A stretch of 64,000 bases of DNA from Candidatus Nanohaloarchaea archaeon. GTDB taxonomy: Archaea; Nanohalarchaeota; Nanosalinia; Nanosalinales; Nanosalinaceae. Positions 18,711-29,006 of this stretch are shown piece after piece; within the stretch, counting starts at the first letter, position 1; every line of letters begins with the position of its first letter. A program made the translations under genes and the position numbers. Under the pieces are notes generated by a model that saw only the letters and a list, made by a program, of their open reading frames with translations, was not told where the DNA came from and ran no database searches. The stretch covers positions 96,001-160,000 of the forward strand of contig JACOQA010000003.1 of assembly GCA_014297435.1 (NCBI GenBank). The letters run 5' to 3'.

Positions 18711-19871
18711 GTGTTTCTCAACTATATGTCGAATCCTTACGGGGAAAGATTCAGGGAAGACGACGAAAAAGAAAGAGAGATTCAAGAGGATGTGGAGGAG
18801 AAAGAGCAGAAACTGAAGTCATACGAGGAAGATATTGAGAGTAAGGAAAAAACCGTGGAGAAAGAAGAGCAGAACCACGAGAACCCTGAGAAAGTTGCAG
18901 AGCAGGAATATCAGATCGACCAGGAGTTGGAATCTGCCGAAGAACTTGCTCAAGAGATACTGAAAGAAATCAAGGAAGAACTCGGTTTAAGTCTTGAGGA
19001 AGAAGAGATACTCGAGAGCGAGGAGGAAGAGCTAAACCAAGAATTGTCGGATGCAGCTGAAAAGCTCTGGGAGCTCGCACAAGAACTCCAAAAAGATCTA
19101 GACACTGACAATAACAGAAGTTTCAACTTCAACTCATTCTCAAACAGACTAGAATCTGCTTTAGAGGAAGTTGAAGATGGTATGCGCAAAAGCCGTGAGA
19201 TAGTCGAGGAGATTGAGGAGCTCGTTTCCGAACTTGAAGAGGTTGAAGCGGAGGAGACCCAGATATGGGAAGAGCTCGAAGAAGAGGAAGTAGAGGTAAA
19301 GCACGCCGAGAAGGAAGTAAAGGTCGAAGCAGAGGAAAGCCGTAGAGCCTCCGATTCCAAAGCTTTCGATGAAGCGAAACAGGAGAACCAGATGGTCTCC
19401 AAGTTAGAAGCAATGCAGGAAGAGAACGAACATTTCAGTATTGAGCTCGAGACTCAGCTTCAGACCGAAATAACTCGGCTAGAAGAGTTAGCTGGAATGA
19501 TGGATGCAGTTATACAGTCAAAGATGGGAAGCCGTCAGAAAGAGAAAGGCATAATGTACGATCTCGATGTCATCCACAAAGAGCTGACAAAGCTTGCGGA
19601 GAGACAGAACAGGCGTATGAAAAGAAAGATCAAGCAGTTGATTGAAAGGGTTGAGGAGGTCTTTCAGGAGCTTCAGAGGATTGAAGGTACGGAAGAGGAA
19701 GAACTGAAGAAGATAGACCGGGAGATAAAGAAAACCGAGTCTCAGAACAGCAAGTTAATGAAGGCCTCAAACGCCGCAAGCAAGGCAGGAAGCGGAATTA
19801 AAGCGGTAGCCAGCATAGCGATAGTTATCGGCATCTCGGTAGTTGTGATTTCTCAACTCGGTATCCTGTAA
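18711..19871 (+). CDS. Very acidic long coiled-coil protein with C-terminal membrane anchor
   Basis: E/K-rich heptad-like sequence over ~350 aa; terminal VASIAIVIGISVVVISQLGIL. Confidence 0.75.
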   Translation: MFLNYMSNPYGERFREDDEKEREIQEDVEEKEQKLKSYEEDIESKEKTVEKEEQNHENPEKVAEQEYQIDQELESAEELAQEILKEIKEELGLSLEEEEILESEEEELNQELSDAAEKLWELAQELQKDLDTDNNRSFNFNSFSNRLESALEEVEDGMRKSREIVEEIEELVSELEEVEAEETQIWEELEEEEVEVKHAEKEVKVEAEESRRASDSKAFDEAKQENQMVSKLEAMQEENEHFSIELETQLQTEITRLEELAGMMDAVIQSKMGSRQKEKGIMYDLDVIHKELTKLAERQNRRMKRKIKQLIERVEEVFQELQRIEGTEEEELKKIDREIKKTESQNSKLMKASNAASKAGSGIKAVASIAIVIGISVVVISQLGIL

Positions 19872-19910
19872 CCGCCCCTGTATAAAAAGGTTAACTTCAA
19901 CTTCTGCCAC

Positions 19911-20333
19911 ATGGGTTTGTACAACGCGCGCAAAGTTAGAAAGAAGCGGCAACAGTACCGCTGGAGCGACATCGACTACAAAAGAAGAATGAACAACCTG
20001 AAGGAGAAGTCCGACCCTTTGGAAGGATCCCCTCAGGGAAGAGGAATCGTACTAGAAAAGAGAGGTATCGAGGCAAAGCAGCCTAACTCCGCTATCCGTA
20101 AATGTGTGCGTGTACAGTTGATCAAAAACGGTAAACAACTAACAGCTTTCGTTCCTGGCGACCAAGCAATCGACCACATCGACGAACACGACGAAGTCCT
20201 GATTGAAGGAATCGGAGGAGCAGACTCCGGACCGAAGGGAGACATCCCAACAGTCAGATACAAAGTAATCAAGGTAAACGGCGTATCACTCGAAGAACTG
20301 GTCGAAGGAAACCAGCAGAAGCCAACACGGTGA
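19911..20333 (+). CDS. rps12: 30S ribosomal protein uS12
   Basis: [26 protein letters not shown]. Confidence 0.98.
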   Translation: MGLYNARKVRKKRQQYRWSDIDYKRRMNNLKEKSDPLEGSPQGRGIVLEKRGIEAKQPNSAIRKCVRVQLIKNGKQLTAFVPGDQAIDHIDEHDEVLIEGIGGADSGPKGDIPTVRYKVIKVNGVSLEELVEGNQQKPTR

Positions 20334-20339
20334 TATAAT

Positions 20340-20966
20340 ATGAGCGACGCAGCAACACTAGACCTAGAAGACGAACTTCTCACCATGGGAAGATGGGATG
20401 CATCCGAAGTAGAGATCGAGGACGACGGACTTGTAAGATACGTCAATCTTGACAACATCCTTGCACCACGTTCTAAAGGAAGACATACAGAGAGACAGTT
20501 CTACAAAGCAGATGTCCCAATCGTGGAACGCCTAATGACACGGCTTCAGGTCGCAGGACACAGAGGAAAGAAACACTACATTACTTCCGGACACAACACC
20601 GGATCCGCAGAATCAATCTGGAACATGATTGAGGAAGCATTCGAGATAATCGAAGACGAGACAGGCGAGAACCCGATCCAGGTACTAGTCAACGGAATCG
20701 AGAACTCTGCACCCGCAGAAGAAGTTGTTACATACCAGAGAGGTGGCGCAAGAGCCAGGAAAGCAGTACTGGTCTCACCTCAGAGAAGAGTTGATCTAGC
20801 TCTGAGACTTCTCGCACAGGGAGCCTACGAGAAAAGACTTGCTGAAGGAAACGACGCAGCAAACGTTCTAGCGAACGAGATTATCCTTGCAGCCAACGGA
20901 GACGACGACGCTCGCTGTGTACGCGAGAAAGAGAGAAGAGAAAGAGAAGCAGAAGGCGCACGTTAA
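20340..20966 (+). CDS. rps7: 30S ribosomal protein uS7
   Basis: IVERL, NPIQVLV..IENSAP, VSPQRRVD. Confidence 0.97.
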   Translation: MSDAATLDLEDELLTMGRWDASEVEIEDDGLVRYVNLDNILAPRSKGRHTERQFYKADVPIVERLMTRLQVAGHRGKKHYITSGHNTGSAESIWNMIEEAFEIIEDETGENPIQVLVNGIENSAPAEEVVTYQRGGARARKAVLVSPQRRVDLALRLLAQGAYEKRLAEGNDAANVLANEIILAANGDDDARCVREKERREREAEGAR

Positions 20967-21190
20967 AAACCTCTTCTATCTCTCCTCCATTTTCCATGTA
21001 ACTGACTAATTGTTTTTCTCATCTAAATTCAGAATCCCTCGATAGGATAAGGATGAAGATTAGTTGACCTAAATGGGGTCTCTGAGGCAGGAGAAGCAGA
21101 TTTTAGTGAACAGTGGGCTTCCGTCCTAATAATCCTTTTTTAAAACTTGGAACTTGTTTCTCATACATATAACCTGAGGTTATACTAAAA

Positions 21191-23380
21191 ATGTCTGACA
21201 AAGAGCTTGACGCAATTAAAGGCGTGATCGAAGATCCTGAACACATCAGGAACATCGCGATCGCCGCACACATCGACCACGGAAAAACAACACTAACTGA
21301 CAACTTACTGGCCAGAGCTGGCATGATCTCCGACAAGCTAGCCGGGGACCAGCGCTTCATGGACTTCGATGACCAGGAAGCAGAGAGAGGCATCACGATT
21401 TATTCTGCAAACATCTCTATGGTCCACGAGTTTGATAATGAAGACTATCTTGTAAACCTTATTGACACACCAGGCCACGTTGACTTCGGTGGAGACGTTA
21501 CACGTGCTATGCGTGCTGTCGACGGAGTTCTAGTTCTTGTCGACGCTGTCGACGGAGTTATGCCTCAGACAGAGACCGTTATGAAACAGGCACTTCAGGA
21601 GGGCGTCAAGCCGATCCTATTCATCAATAAAGTAGATCGCCTAATCGAAGAGATGCAGTTGACCCCTGAGGAAATGCAGGAAAGATTTACAGAAATTATT
21701 AGAGGAGTTAACGCAGCACTCAGAAAGTACGCAGACGAAGAAACAGCAGAAGAATGGAAGATGAGCGTACAGGATGGAACAGTTGCATTCGGTTCCGCAC
21801 TGATGAACTGGGCTATCTCGATGCCTTACATGCAAGAAACAGGTATCACCTTCTCAGACCTTATTGACAGAGTAAACGAAGGGGACCACGAAGGACTCAA
21901 GGAAGACGCACCTATTGAGGAAGTAGTACTTGACATGGTTGTCAAGCATCTTGTCAACCCTCAGGAGTCTGCGGAATGGAGAATACCTGCTGTATGGCCG
22001 GGAGATGTATCAAGCGCAGTAGGAGACGACATGATGGAACACGACCAGGACGGAAGACTGGTCGGAGTTGTCACGAACGTTGAAGACGACGAACATGCAG
22101 GAACAATCGCAACCGCACGACTCTTCTCCGGAACAGTACACGAAGGAGACGAACTCTACGGACTAGGAAGCCAGAAGACTGAAAGAGCTCAGCAGGTCGG
22201 AATTTACTCCGGTCCAAGAAAGCTTACAGTCGATTCAGTTCCTTGTGGAAACATCGCAGCGATCACCGGACCTGACTTCTCAACGGGAGAAACATTTATC
22301 CTGAAAGGCGATGATGAGATCCAGCCGTTTGAGCAGATCGAACACGTCTTCGAACCTGTCGTCACAAAGTCGATCGAACCAAAGAGAACATCCGACCTTC
22401 CAAAGCTTATTGAAACGCTAAGAAAGCGTGCGAAGGAAGACAACACGATCAAGGTTGACATCGACGAAGAGACAGGAGAGACACTTGTCTCCGGACTCGG
22501 AGAGCTACACATCGAAGCAAAGATTGAAAGACATCTCGAGGAGAAAGGAATCGACATCGACGTCTCTGAACCTATCGTTGTATTCAGAGAAGGTATCGAG
22601 GATGAGAGTGAAGTCGTAACAGGCAAGTCGCCTAACAGACACAACCAGCTTGAAATCTCAGTAGAGCCTATCGACGAAGACGTCAGAAAGTTCCTCAAGG
22701 AAGACTATGAAGAGATAAAGATGCAGGCGGACGACGAGACAGAAGTTCGTGACGCACTTGTCGATGCAGGGCTTGACCAGGACGAGGCAGACAACATCAT
22801 GGACGCTTACGAGGAGAACCTGTTCATCAACTCTTCAAGAGGTATCAAGAACTTGAGAGAGATCCAGGAGTACCTTGTAGATGCATTCCACGAGTTCTGC
22901 GATGAAGGACCTATGGCAGGAGAGCCAGTTATCGGATTGAAGGTCAAGCTTCACGATGCGAAGCTGCACGAGGACGCGATCCACAGAGGTCCATCCCAGA
23001 TGATTCCAGCAACCAAGGATGCGATGACAAGAGGTTTCCTCGAGTCAACACCTAGAGTAATCGAACCTGTTCGAATCCTCAGGATCGACACCCCGACAGA
23101 CGTTATGGGTGACGCTATGACAGAGGTCTCAAACAGAAGAGGAGACGTACAGGACATGGAGGAGGAAGGAGACTCAACCATCCTGACATGTAAGATCCCT
23201 GTCGAGGAGATGTTTGGGTTCGAAGCTGCATTGAAAGGAGCTACGAACGGAAAAGGCTTCTTCAACAACAAGGACATGATCTTTGAACCACTACCAATGA
23301 ACCTCCAGGAAGAAAAGATCATGGAGATCAGAAAGAGAAAGGGAATGAAGGAAGAAATGCCTTCACTCGAAGAGGAGTAA
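21191..23380 (+). CDS. fusA: Elongation factor EF-2
   Basis: AHIDHGKT, RGITI, DTPGHVDF, NKVD, diphthamide loop HEDAIHRG. Confidence 0.98.
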   Translation: MSDKELDAIKGVIEDPEHIRNIAIAAHIDHGKTTLTDNLLARAGMISDKLAGDQRFMDFDDQEAERGITIYSANISMVHEFDNEDYLVNLIDTPGHVDFGGDVTRAMRAVDGVLVLVDAVDGVMPQTETVMKQALQEGVKPILFINKVDRLIEEMQLTPEEMQERFTEIIRGVNAALRKYADEETAEEWKMSVQDGTVAFGSALMNWAISMPYMQETGITFSDLIDRVNEGDHEGLKEDAPIEEVVLDMVVKHLVNPQESAEWRIPAVWPGDVSSAVGDDMMEHDQDGRLVGVVTNVEDDEHAGTIATARLFSGTVHEGDELYGLGSQKTERAQQVGIYSGPRKLTVDSVPCGNIAAITGPDFSTGETFILKGDDEIQPFEQIEHVFEPVVTKSIEPKRTSDLPKLIETLRKRAKEDNTIKVDIDEETGETLVSGLGELHIEAKIERHLEEKGIDIDVSEPIVVFREGIEDESEVVTGKSPNRHNQLEISVEPIDEDVRKFLKEDYEEIKMQADDETEVRDALVDAGLDQDEADNIMDAYEENLFINSSRGIKNLREIQEYLVDAFHEFCDEGPMAGEPVIGLKVKLHDAKLHEDAIHRGPSQMIPATKDAMTRGFLESTPRVIEPVRILRIDTPTDVMGDAMTEVSNRRGDVQDMEEEGDSTILTCKIPVEEMFGFEAALKGATNGKGFFNNKDMIFEPLPMNLQEEKIMEIRKRKGMKEEMPSLEEE

Positions 23381-23521
23381 ACTCCCTCCCACATTTTTCT
23401 TTTCCAGATAAATATCTAAGTCTAGCTTTTTGAGCACAATTATCTTCTATTTAGGTCTAGTTAGTCGAACCCACTCGAGAGCAAGCAGGTTTTTATAACC
23501 TTTACATGACAACATAAGAGC

Positions 23522-23857
23522 ATGACGGACGACCACGATTATCTACTTGAGGCCGAAGAAGCCCTGAGAAGAACAGGATACCTCGAAGGAGTCTACCTAC
23601 AGGGACCGGAAGTGACACTAACAGCTGCCAACGTAGAAGAGGCGCTGGAAAAAACCGGAGAACAGGACGAGAACATAGACATTATGTTGAAATGTGACAG
23701 GAACTACAGCGGAGATACAGGCGTCTGGGTATACGAGGACGATGATGGAAACGGTCTTGGAGTGGAGGCGCTACCACCCCTACCCGAGGGAGCTGAGGAA
23801 GTAGACAAGGTCAGAGAAACGCTCGAAGACTGGGGAATAGAAATCGATTACAAGTAA
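23522..23857 (+). CDS. Hypothetical acidic protein
   Basis: 111-aa ORF; TTTATAA ~25 bp upstream. Confidence 0.7.
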   Translation: MTDDHDYLLEAEEALRRTGYLEGVYLQGPEVTLTAANVEEALEKTGEQDENIDIMLKCDRNYSGDTGVWVYEDDDGNGLGVEALPPLPEGAEEVDKVRETLEDWGIEIDYK

Positions 23858-24085
23858 TCGATCCCAAACCCAAAAAGAGCGAAAAACTAAAATTCCGAGA
23901 TCGACCCGGTTTAGGAGAGCGATCTTGACGAGCATCACCCCTCCGTTTATGGTGTCAAAAAAATATTCCGGGATAGAGCTGAACCATAATATTAGTTTTA
24001 ACAGTCAGAGGACTACTCCCCTATGTGAACTCTTTTCTTGACTACCTGAAACCTGACCGAGGAAAACCTTCTTTTAACACTAGTA

Positions 24086-24298
24086 ATGGGTGCTGTATTT
24101 TTCTCAGTTGCAACTCTTGTCATGGTTTTACTTGAAGTAGTCCTGGTCGGAGAGTTTGTTGATCCGCCGACCGCGGAGACCCCAGAGATGGAGTTCCTAC
24201 TGGTTTTCTCGCCCTTAATAGGCATGCTGGCAGCTTTCTACTTCCAGGTCTGTGTGGCGCTTTACTGGGTTAGAGAGCGTTTTGATGAAGCATATTAG
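24086..24298 (+). CDS. Small two-TM membrane protein (start uncertain)
   Basis: Two hydrophobic segments with an acidic loop. Confidence 0.45.
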   Translation: MGAVFFSVATLVMVLLEVVLVGEFVDPPTAETPEMEFLLVFSPLIGMLAAFYFQVCVALYWVRERFDEAY

Positions 24299-24367
24299 AC
24301 CATTCACAAACCCTTTTTAAAGTTTAATCGGGTTAACCGAGTTATACGCTGTAGGTGCAAATCAATA

Positions 24368-25654
24368 ATGGCAGATAAACCACACGTTAACTTAGTATTC
24401 ATCGGACACGTTGACCACGGAAAGTCGACCACAATCGGTAGACTTCTGTGGGACACAGAAAACCTTCCAGAAGAAGAGATGCGAAAGCTCGAAGACGCAG
24501 CTGAAGAAGCTGGCAAAGAAACCTTCGGATTCGCATTCGCTATGGACTCACTTGAAGAGGAGAGAGAAAGAGGAGTTACAATCGACCTCGCTCACAAGGA
24601 GTTCGACTCAGACAACTACTTCTTCACAATCATCGACGCTCCAGGTCACAGAGACTTCATCAAGAACATGATCACAGGAGCCTCTCAGGCCGACGCAGGA
24701 GTTCTAGTTGTTGCGGCTGACGACGGAATCCAGCCACAGACAAAGGAGCACGCATACCTCGCGAAGACTCTTGGAATCGACCAGCTAACAGTAGCTGTCA
24801 ACAAGATGGACCTGGCTGACTACGAAGAAGACGGATTCAACGACATCAAAGGCGATGTCGAGGAGCTGCTTAAGGGCGTAGGATTCGACCCAAGCGACAT
24901 CGACTTCGTACCGATCTCCTCGTTCGAAGGAGAAGGAGTCGCAGAGACTTCCGACGAAATGCCTTGGTACGACGGACCTTCCCTACTTGACTCCCTTGAC
25001 AGCCTAGACGAACCTGAGAAGCCTGAGGACCTACCTCTCAGAGCTCCAATCCAGGACGTCTACAACATCTCCGGAATCGGAGCTGTCACAGTCGGTAGAG
25101 TCGAGACAGGAGAGATCTCACCTGGCGACGACGTAACATTCGAGCCAGCCTCCACAAGACACAACGGAAACGTCGGTGGAGAAGTCAAGACAATCGAGAT
25201 GCACCACGAAGAAGTCGACCACGCAGAAGCAGGAGACAACATCGGATGGAACACAAGAGGCGTAGGTCAAGACAAGGTCAAGAAAGGCGACGTCGCAGGA
25301 CCAAGCGACAACCCTCCAACAGTTGTCGAGACCTTCGAAGCACAGATCATCGTCCTCAACCACCCTAACGTAATCTCCGAAGGATACACACCTGTATTCC
25401 ACGTCAACACGGCACAGGTATCATGCACCTTCGAGGAGATCAAGTCGACGATGAACCCTAAGACAGGAGAGACACTAGAAGAAGACCCAGACTACATCAA
25501 ACAGGGTCAGGCAGCAAAGGTCACAATCAGACCACAGCAGCCTCTCGTCATCGAATCTAACGACGACATCCCACAGATGGCACGTTTCGCCGTCAGAGAC
25601 ATGGGACAGACAGTCGGCGCTGGACAGTGTCTATCCGTAAACGAGAAGGAATAA
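24368..25654 (+). CDS. tuf: Elongation factor EF-1alpha
   Basis: [29 protein letters not shown]. Confidence 0.98.
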   Translation: MADKPHVNLVFIGHVDHGKSTTIGRLLWDTENLPEEEMRKLEDAAEEAGKETFGFAFAMDSLEEERERGVTIDLAHKEFDSDNYFFTIIDAPGHRDFIKNMITGASQADAGVLVVAADDGIQPQTKEHAYLAKTLGIDQLTVAVNKMDLADYEEDGFNDIKGDVEELLKGVGFDPSDIDFVPISSFEGEGVAETSDEMPWYDGPSLLDSLDSLDEPEKPEDLPLRAPIQDVYNISGIGAVTVGRVETGEISPGDDVTFEPASTRHNGNVGGEVKTIEMHHEEVDHAEAGDNIGWNTRGVGQDKVKKGDVAGPSDNPPTVVETFEAQIIVLNHPNVISEGYTPVFHVNTAQVSCTFEEIKSTMNPKTGETLEEDPDYIKQGQAAKVTIRPQQPLVIESNDDIPQMARFAVRDMGQTVGAGQCLSVNEKE

Positions 25655-25753
25655 ATTCCCTCCTTCTCATCTCTCTTTTTCAATTTCTATCTATCAGAAA
25701 ACTTGCTTACAAGGTAATCGAAATATATAATATTTCAACTTATTGCTGTAACT

Positions 25754-26014
25754 ATGCCAGGATATACTTCTGTCTTAGCCGGAGCAAGCTTGCTTGGCGC
25801 AGGACTTTTAGCCGTTAGAAGACGTTCTGGAGATGAAGAGTATGAAACTCGGGATCTCGAACCAGCTGAGTTAGGACTCAGTGATTATGAGGACTATCTT
25901 GTTTCTAAAGAAAGAGTGGAAACTCCCGAAGTTTCGGAGGTTATGGACACTCTTGACTCACTTCACACGGAAGAAAGTTACGTGGAACGATTACTGGAGC
26001 CAGAATACGAGTAA
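25754..26014 (+). CDS. Small N-terminally membrane-anchored protein
   Basis: Hydrophobic N-terminus followed by RRR and an acidic tail. Confidence 0.6.
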   Translation: MPGYTSVLAGASLLGAGLLAVRRRSGDEEYETRDLEPAELGLSDYEDYLVSKERVETPEVSEVMDTLDSLHTEESYVERLLEPEYE

Positions 26015-26086
26015 TAAGTTACGAGAAACCTTTCATCGTCGAGAGCTTAAACACCATTTATAAGATTTAACTCGTGAAGAATTGGT

Positions 26087-26395
26087 ATGAAGAGAGCACG
26101 TGTAAAGCTCAGGAGCACAAGCCAGGACAAGATAGATGAACTGGCGGATGAAATCATAGAGATCGGAGAAGAATACGAGGCAGAAATCTCAGGACCAGTA
26201 CCACTACCAACGCAGACACTGAGAATTCCAACAAGGAAAGCTCCTGACGGAGAAGGTTCCGAAACTATTGAGCGCTACGAGATGCACGTCCACAACAGAC
26301 TTATCGATATTAAGGAGTCTGAGAGAGCGTTGAGACAGGTAATGCGTGTCCACGTTCCTGAAGGCGTCGACATCGAGATCGAGCTTGAAGAGTAG
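26087..26395 (+). CDS. rps10: 30S ribosomal protein uS10
   Basis: GPVPLPT, RKAPDGEG, HNRLIDI. Confidence 0.97.
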   Translation: MKRARVKLRSTSQDKIDELADEIIEIGEEYEAEISGPVPLPTQTLRIPTRKAPDGEGSETIERYEMHVHNRLIDIKESERALRQVMRVHVPEGVDIEIELEE

Positions 26396-26492
26396 ATTCT
26401 CAATAATATTTCTTTCTAACTCATTTCTAGTTTAATTGCTAGCTGTGGTCAAACCACAGAGATATTTAAAAATTACCATTTCCAAGTAACAA

Positions 26493-27224
26493 ATGTTAGG
26501 TGGTAAAATGGAAAATAATGGCAAAAATAAAGCAGCCAGAGCTTTACTTGACATAAAAACCAGTGTTGCAGCAAAAACTGAAGGACATGTCGACAGACTT
26601 CAAACAGCAATAGCTCCGGACACGGAAGACAGAAGTATTGACTACAAAATTGAAGACAGAGAAGATCTAACAGTTTACAGAGGACCTAAATCAGTAACCG
26701 TCATGGAGGCATTAGACGCCGATCATTACTCATCAGGCGAACAGTTTGATACAGATCTCAAGCCAATTTCTGAGGACGACATTGAGATCATCGAACAGGA
26801 GACTTATCAAGAGCATAAAAAGTTAGATCCAGAGGAAGTTCTCGAAGCAGAAGAGAAGATTTACACCCAAAAAGCCAGTAGAGACGATGATAAACTCCTA
26901 GAACCGGATGCCAAATACCCTCATGATGATAAACTAGTATGGGACGTGTCTAGTGATGTTAGCAATTCCGTAACAGGGATCTACAACTCCATAGACGAGG
27001 CAGAACTTGAACTCGAATTTACCAAGGACATAACTGATGTAGAATTAGAAAAGGTACAGATCTTGGCAGAAAACATCCACAACCAGGACGATACATCAAC
27101 CTCCCTTCAAGACACTGTCGACTACTCAAAGTTTAAGTCCGAAGATACTTACGACAGGCTTCCAGAAGACATTGAGACCGGGATAGAATTAGATACGGAT
27201 TATTCGGACAGATTTGAGCTATAG
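26493..27224 (+). CDS. Hypothetical acidic protein
   Basis: 243-aa ORF; ATG 26508 has a GGTGG SD and may be the start. Confidence 0.65.
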   Translation: MLGGKMENNGKNKAARALLDIKTSVAAKTEGHVDRLQTAIAPDTEDRSIDYKIEDREDLTVYRGPKSVTVMEALDADHYSSGEQFDTDLKPISEDDIEIIEQETYQEHKKLDPEEVLEAEEKIYTQKASRDDDKLLEPDAKYPHDDKLVWDVSSDVSNSVTGIYNSIDEAELELEFTKDITDVELEKVQILAENIHNQDDTSTSLQDTVDYSKFKSEDTYDRLPEDIETGIELDTDYSDRFEL

Positions 27225-27374
27225 AATGTCACCAGGGGAGGTTTCCCCTTCCCTCTCTAAATATCGAGAAGGTTTCCAACCTAATTTAAAGTTTCTACCA
27301 GCTTCTAATTTTAGACGGTTCAACAGAGCGCTTCCTATTCCGGAAGGGCTTGACTGATTAAACTCGAGTTTGTT

Positions 27375-27460
27375 GCCGAGGTGACTGAGTGGCTAAAGGT
27401 GCCACCCTGGAAAGGTGGTGAGCGTTACAGCTCTCCTGGGTTCAAATCCCAGCCTCGGCG
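27375..27460 (+). tRNA. tRNA-Ser (GGA), provirus integration target
   Basis: GCCGAGG/CCTCGGC acceptor stem, CCACC-CT-GGA-AA-GGTGG arm, long variable arm, G73. Confidence 0.95.
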
Positions 27461-27461
27461 T
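27448..27461 (+). repeat. attL core
   Basis: CCCAGCCTCGGCGT, identical to 36653-36666. Confidence 0.9.
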
Positions 27462-27561
27462 TTTTCAGCCGTTTCAGGCTCTAACGCCCGGTTTTAGTTC
27501 TCAACTTCTTCAAAATCCTAAAACTTCTCTAAACACTTCAATTCTTACTTAAGGGGTTTCT

Positions 27562-27789
27562 TTGATGCCTAAGACAGATAGAGATGTTTATATGGAAGAT
27601 AGGGGACGTAAAGGTAAGCAAGATCGTCTTGATAGTTATGCGGATAGTCTAAAAGAATCCGAAGAGGAAAACTTGGATTTAGAAGAAGAACCAACTTTAG
27701 AAGAATCACTTAGTCCTGAAGAGCAACAGGCATTTCTTAAAATGGGCGAGAACGCCAAGAAACTGATTAAAGGTGATACGGATGCCTGA
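27562..27789 (+). CDS. Proviral hypothetical protein (75 aa)
   Basis: First ORF of a tightly coupled early gene run. Confidence 0.65.
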   Translation: MMPKTDRDVYMEDRGRKGKQDRLDSYADSLKESEEENLDLEEEPTLEESLSPEEQQAFLKMGENAKKLIKGDTDA

Positions 27790-27934
27790 GTGTCCATATT
27801 GTGGTGAAGAATTTGAGTCAGAACATAAAGAAGGCGTTCATAGATCGAAAGAGCATGTGAATGAGGATAATATTACTCGCAAAAAGCAAACAGCGAGCAA
27901 AGGCGTATTTTACAAGAACAGCAACGGTGAATAG
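27782..27934 (+). CDS. Proviral C2H2 zinc-finger protein (50 aa, absent from the ORF track)
   Basis: MPECPYCGEEFESEHKEGVHRSKEH: C-x2-C-x3-F-x8-H-x4-H; AGGTGA SD upstream. Confidence 0.75.
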   Translation: MPECPYCGEEFESEHKEGVHRSKEHVNEDNITRKKQTASKGVFYKNSNGE

Positions 27935-27935
27935 C

Positions 27936-28253
27936 ATGAAAGAACAAGAAGACAATCTAGAACAGCTTTTTATCAACGAAAAACCCTACAAAATGATTAT
28001 AAAACTGCTTAGAAACCGTCTAAAGGACGATTTATGTAAACATGATCTTTCTAAGGCGGTTGATTCCACTTATTCACACACAGTTAAAGTGGTTGATCGT
28101 TTTGAAGAACTAGAACTTATCGAAACCAAAAAAGAGGGTAGAAAAATGGTTATTACCCTAACATCAAAGGGTGTTGAGGTTGCTAAGGCTCTCGAAAACC
28201 TGGAATCTGTAAAAACAAAAAAGCTGGATTTAGAAGGAGTTGAATCTGCATGA
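27936..28253 (+). CDS. Proviral winged-helix (MarR/ArsR-like) transcriptional regulator
   Basis: DLSKAVDSTYSHTVKVVDRFEELELIETKKEGR..ITLTSKG; ATG 27936 follows the previous stop. Confidence 0.8.
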   Translation: MKEQEDNLEQLFINEKPYKMIIKLLRNRLKDDLCKHDLSKAVDSTYSHTVKVVDRFEELELIETKKEGRKMVITLTSKGVEVAKALENLESVKTKKLDLEGVESA

Positions 28254-28363
28254 AAAAGGATTCAATCGCTCAACGTATCTATAACGATTGTAGAAGAAGT
28301 GGATTAGGACATAGCCATTCAATCCGTATAGTTAAAAGCCGTATTGGAGGTATTAAGCAGTAA
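28250..28363 (+). CDS. Proviral 37-aa basic protein
   Basis: ATGA overlap with the wHTH stop, GGAG SD; MKKDSIAQRIYNDCRRSGLGHSHSIRIVKSRIGGIKQ. Confidence 0.5.
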   Translation: MKKDSIAQRIYNDCRRSGLGHSHSIRIVKSRIGGIKQ

Positions 28364-28527
28364 TGTCTGGTTTCTACCGAACCTGTTATTTATGCGGTGC
28401 AGAGATTGACCAAAAGAAAAATTCTAAGCGTTTTGAAATAGAAGGGGAACCTTCTGGAATTCTTTATGGTCATAAACATGAAGTAGAGCGGAAAATCCGG
28501 AGAAACGATAAATATGTAGAGGTTTAG
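28363..28527 (+). CDS. Proviral 54-aa CxxC protein
   Basis: TAATG overlap, GGAGGT SD; MSGFYRTCYLCGAEI...GHKH. Confidence 0.55.
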   Translation: MSGFYRTCYLCGAEIDQKKNSKRFEIEGEPSGILYGHKHEVERKIRRNDKYVEV

Positions 28528-28531
28528 GAAC

Positions 28532-28975
28532 ATGGAAGAGGTTTCTAGCCTTAAAAGTCCTGAAGCTAGAATTGAATCTCTTGAAAAAGCTGTTAGGCAT
28601 TTGAAGGATAAAGTCAGAGAGTTAGAAGAACAAAAAGCCGATTTAAGCGATAGAGTACAGTTTCTTGAAAACAAAGAAGGAAAAAATCAGCCTAACAGAA
28701 AGTTTAAAGTTTCTAAAAGAATTACTAACGACAAAGGAGAATTAGAAAGAGATTTTTATGATGAAAGAGCTAAAAATGTCGCTAAAGAAGTTATGAAGCG
28801 TGGCAAAGCGAGAAGCGGCGAATTTGATAAAATACTCAGAGAACATGATGTCGACGTAAGTAACCCAACTAAATTGAATATAATGCGAAGATATGGCAAA
28901 GCCTTTGATTTTTTCAAGTTTAAAGGGCAGAAAAAAGGCGTTAGAAAGGAATCAGCTTTAATCCATACCCCTTAG
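28532..28975 (+). CDS. Proviral coiled-coil plus basic (possible wHTH) DNA-binding protein
   Basis: N-terminal leucine-zipper-like heptads, basic C-terminal domain; directly precedes the repeat-rich region. Confidence 0.65.
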   Translation: MEEVSSLKSPEARIESLEKAVRHLKDKVRELEEQKADLSDRVQFLENKEGKNQPNRKFKVSKRITNDKGELERDFYDERAKNVAKEVMKRGKARSGEFDKILREHDVDVSNPTKLNIMRRYGKAFDFFKFKGQKKGVRKESALIHTP

Positions 28976-29006
28976 AACCCTATTTAGCTCATTATTTTTA
29001 GGTCGA

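Noticed and set aside
20967-21190. Possible C/D-box sRNA between rps7 and EF-2 (ATGAAGA...CTGA)
   Set aside because: Box spacing is too short and no convincing internal D'/C' boxes
9230-25402. Many 60-190-aa reverse-strand ORFs rich in Ser/Phe/Leu overlapping RNAP, EF-2 and EF-1a genes
   Set aside because: Antisense shadows of Glu/Asp/Lys-rich coding strands; no motifs and full overlap with confident genes
27861-27935. N-terminal 25 aa of the track ORF 27861..28253
   Set aside because: Overlaps the C2H2 ORF; ATG 27936 directly after its stop is the more plausible start
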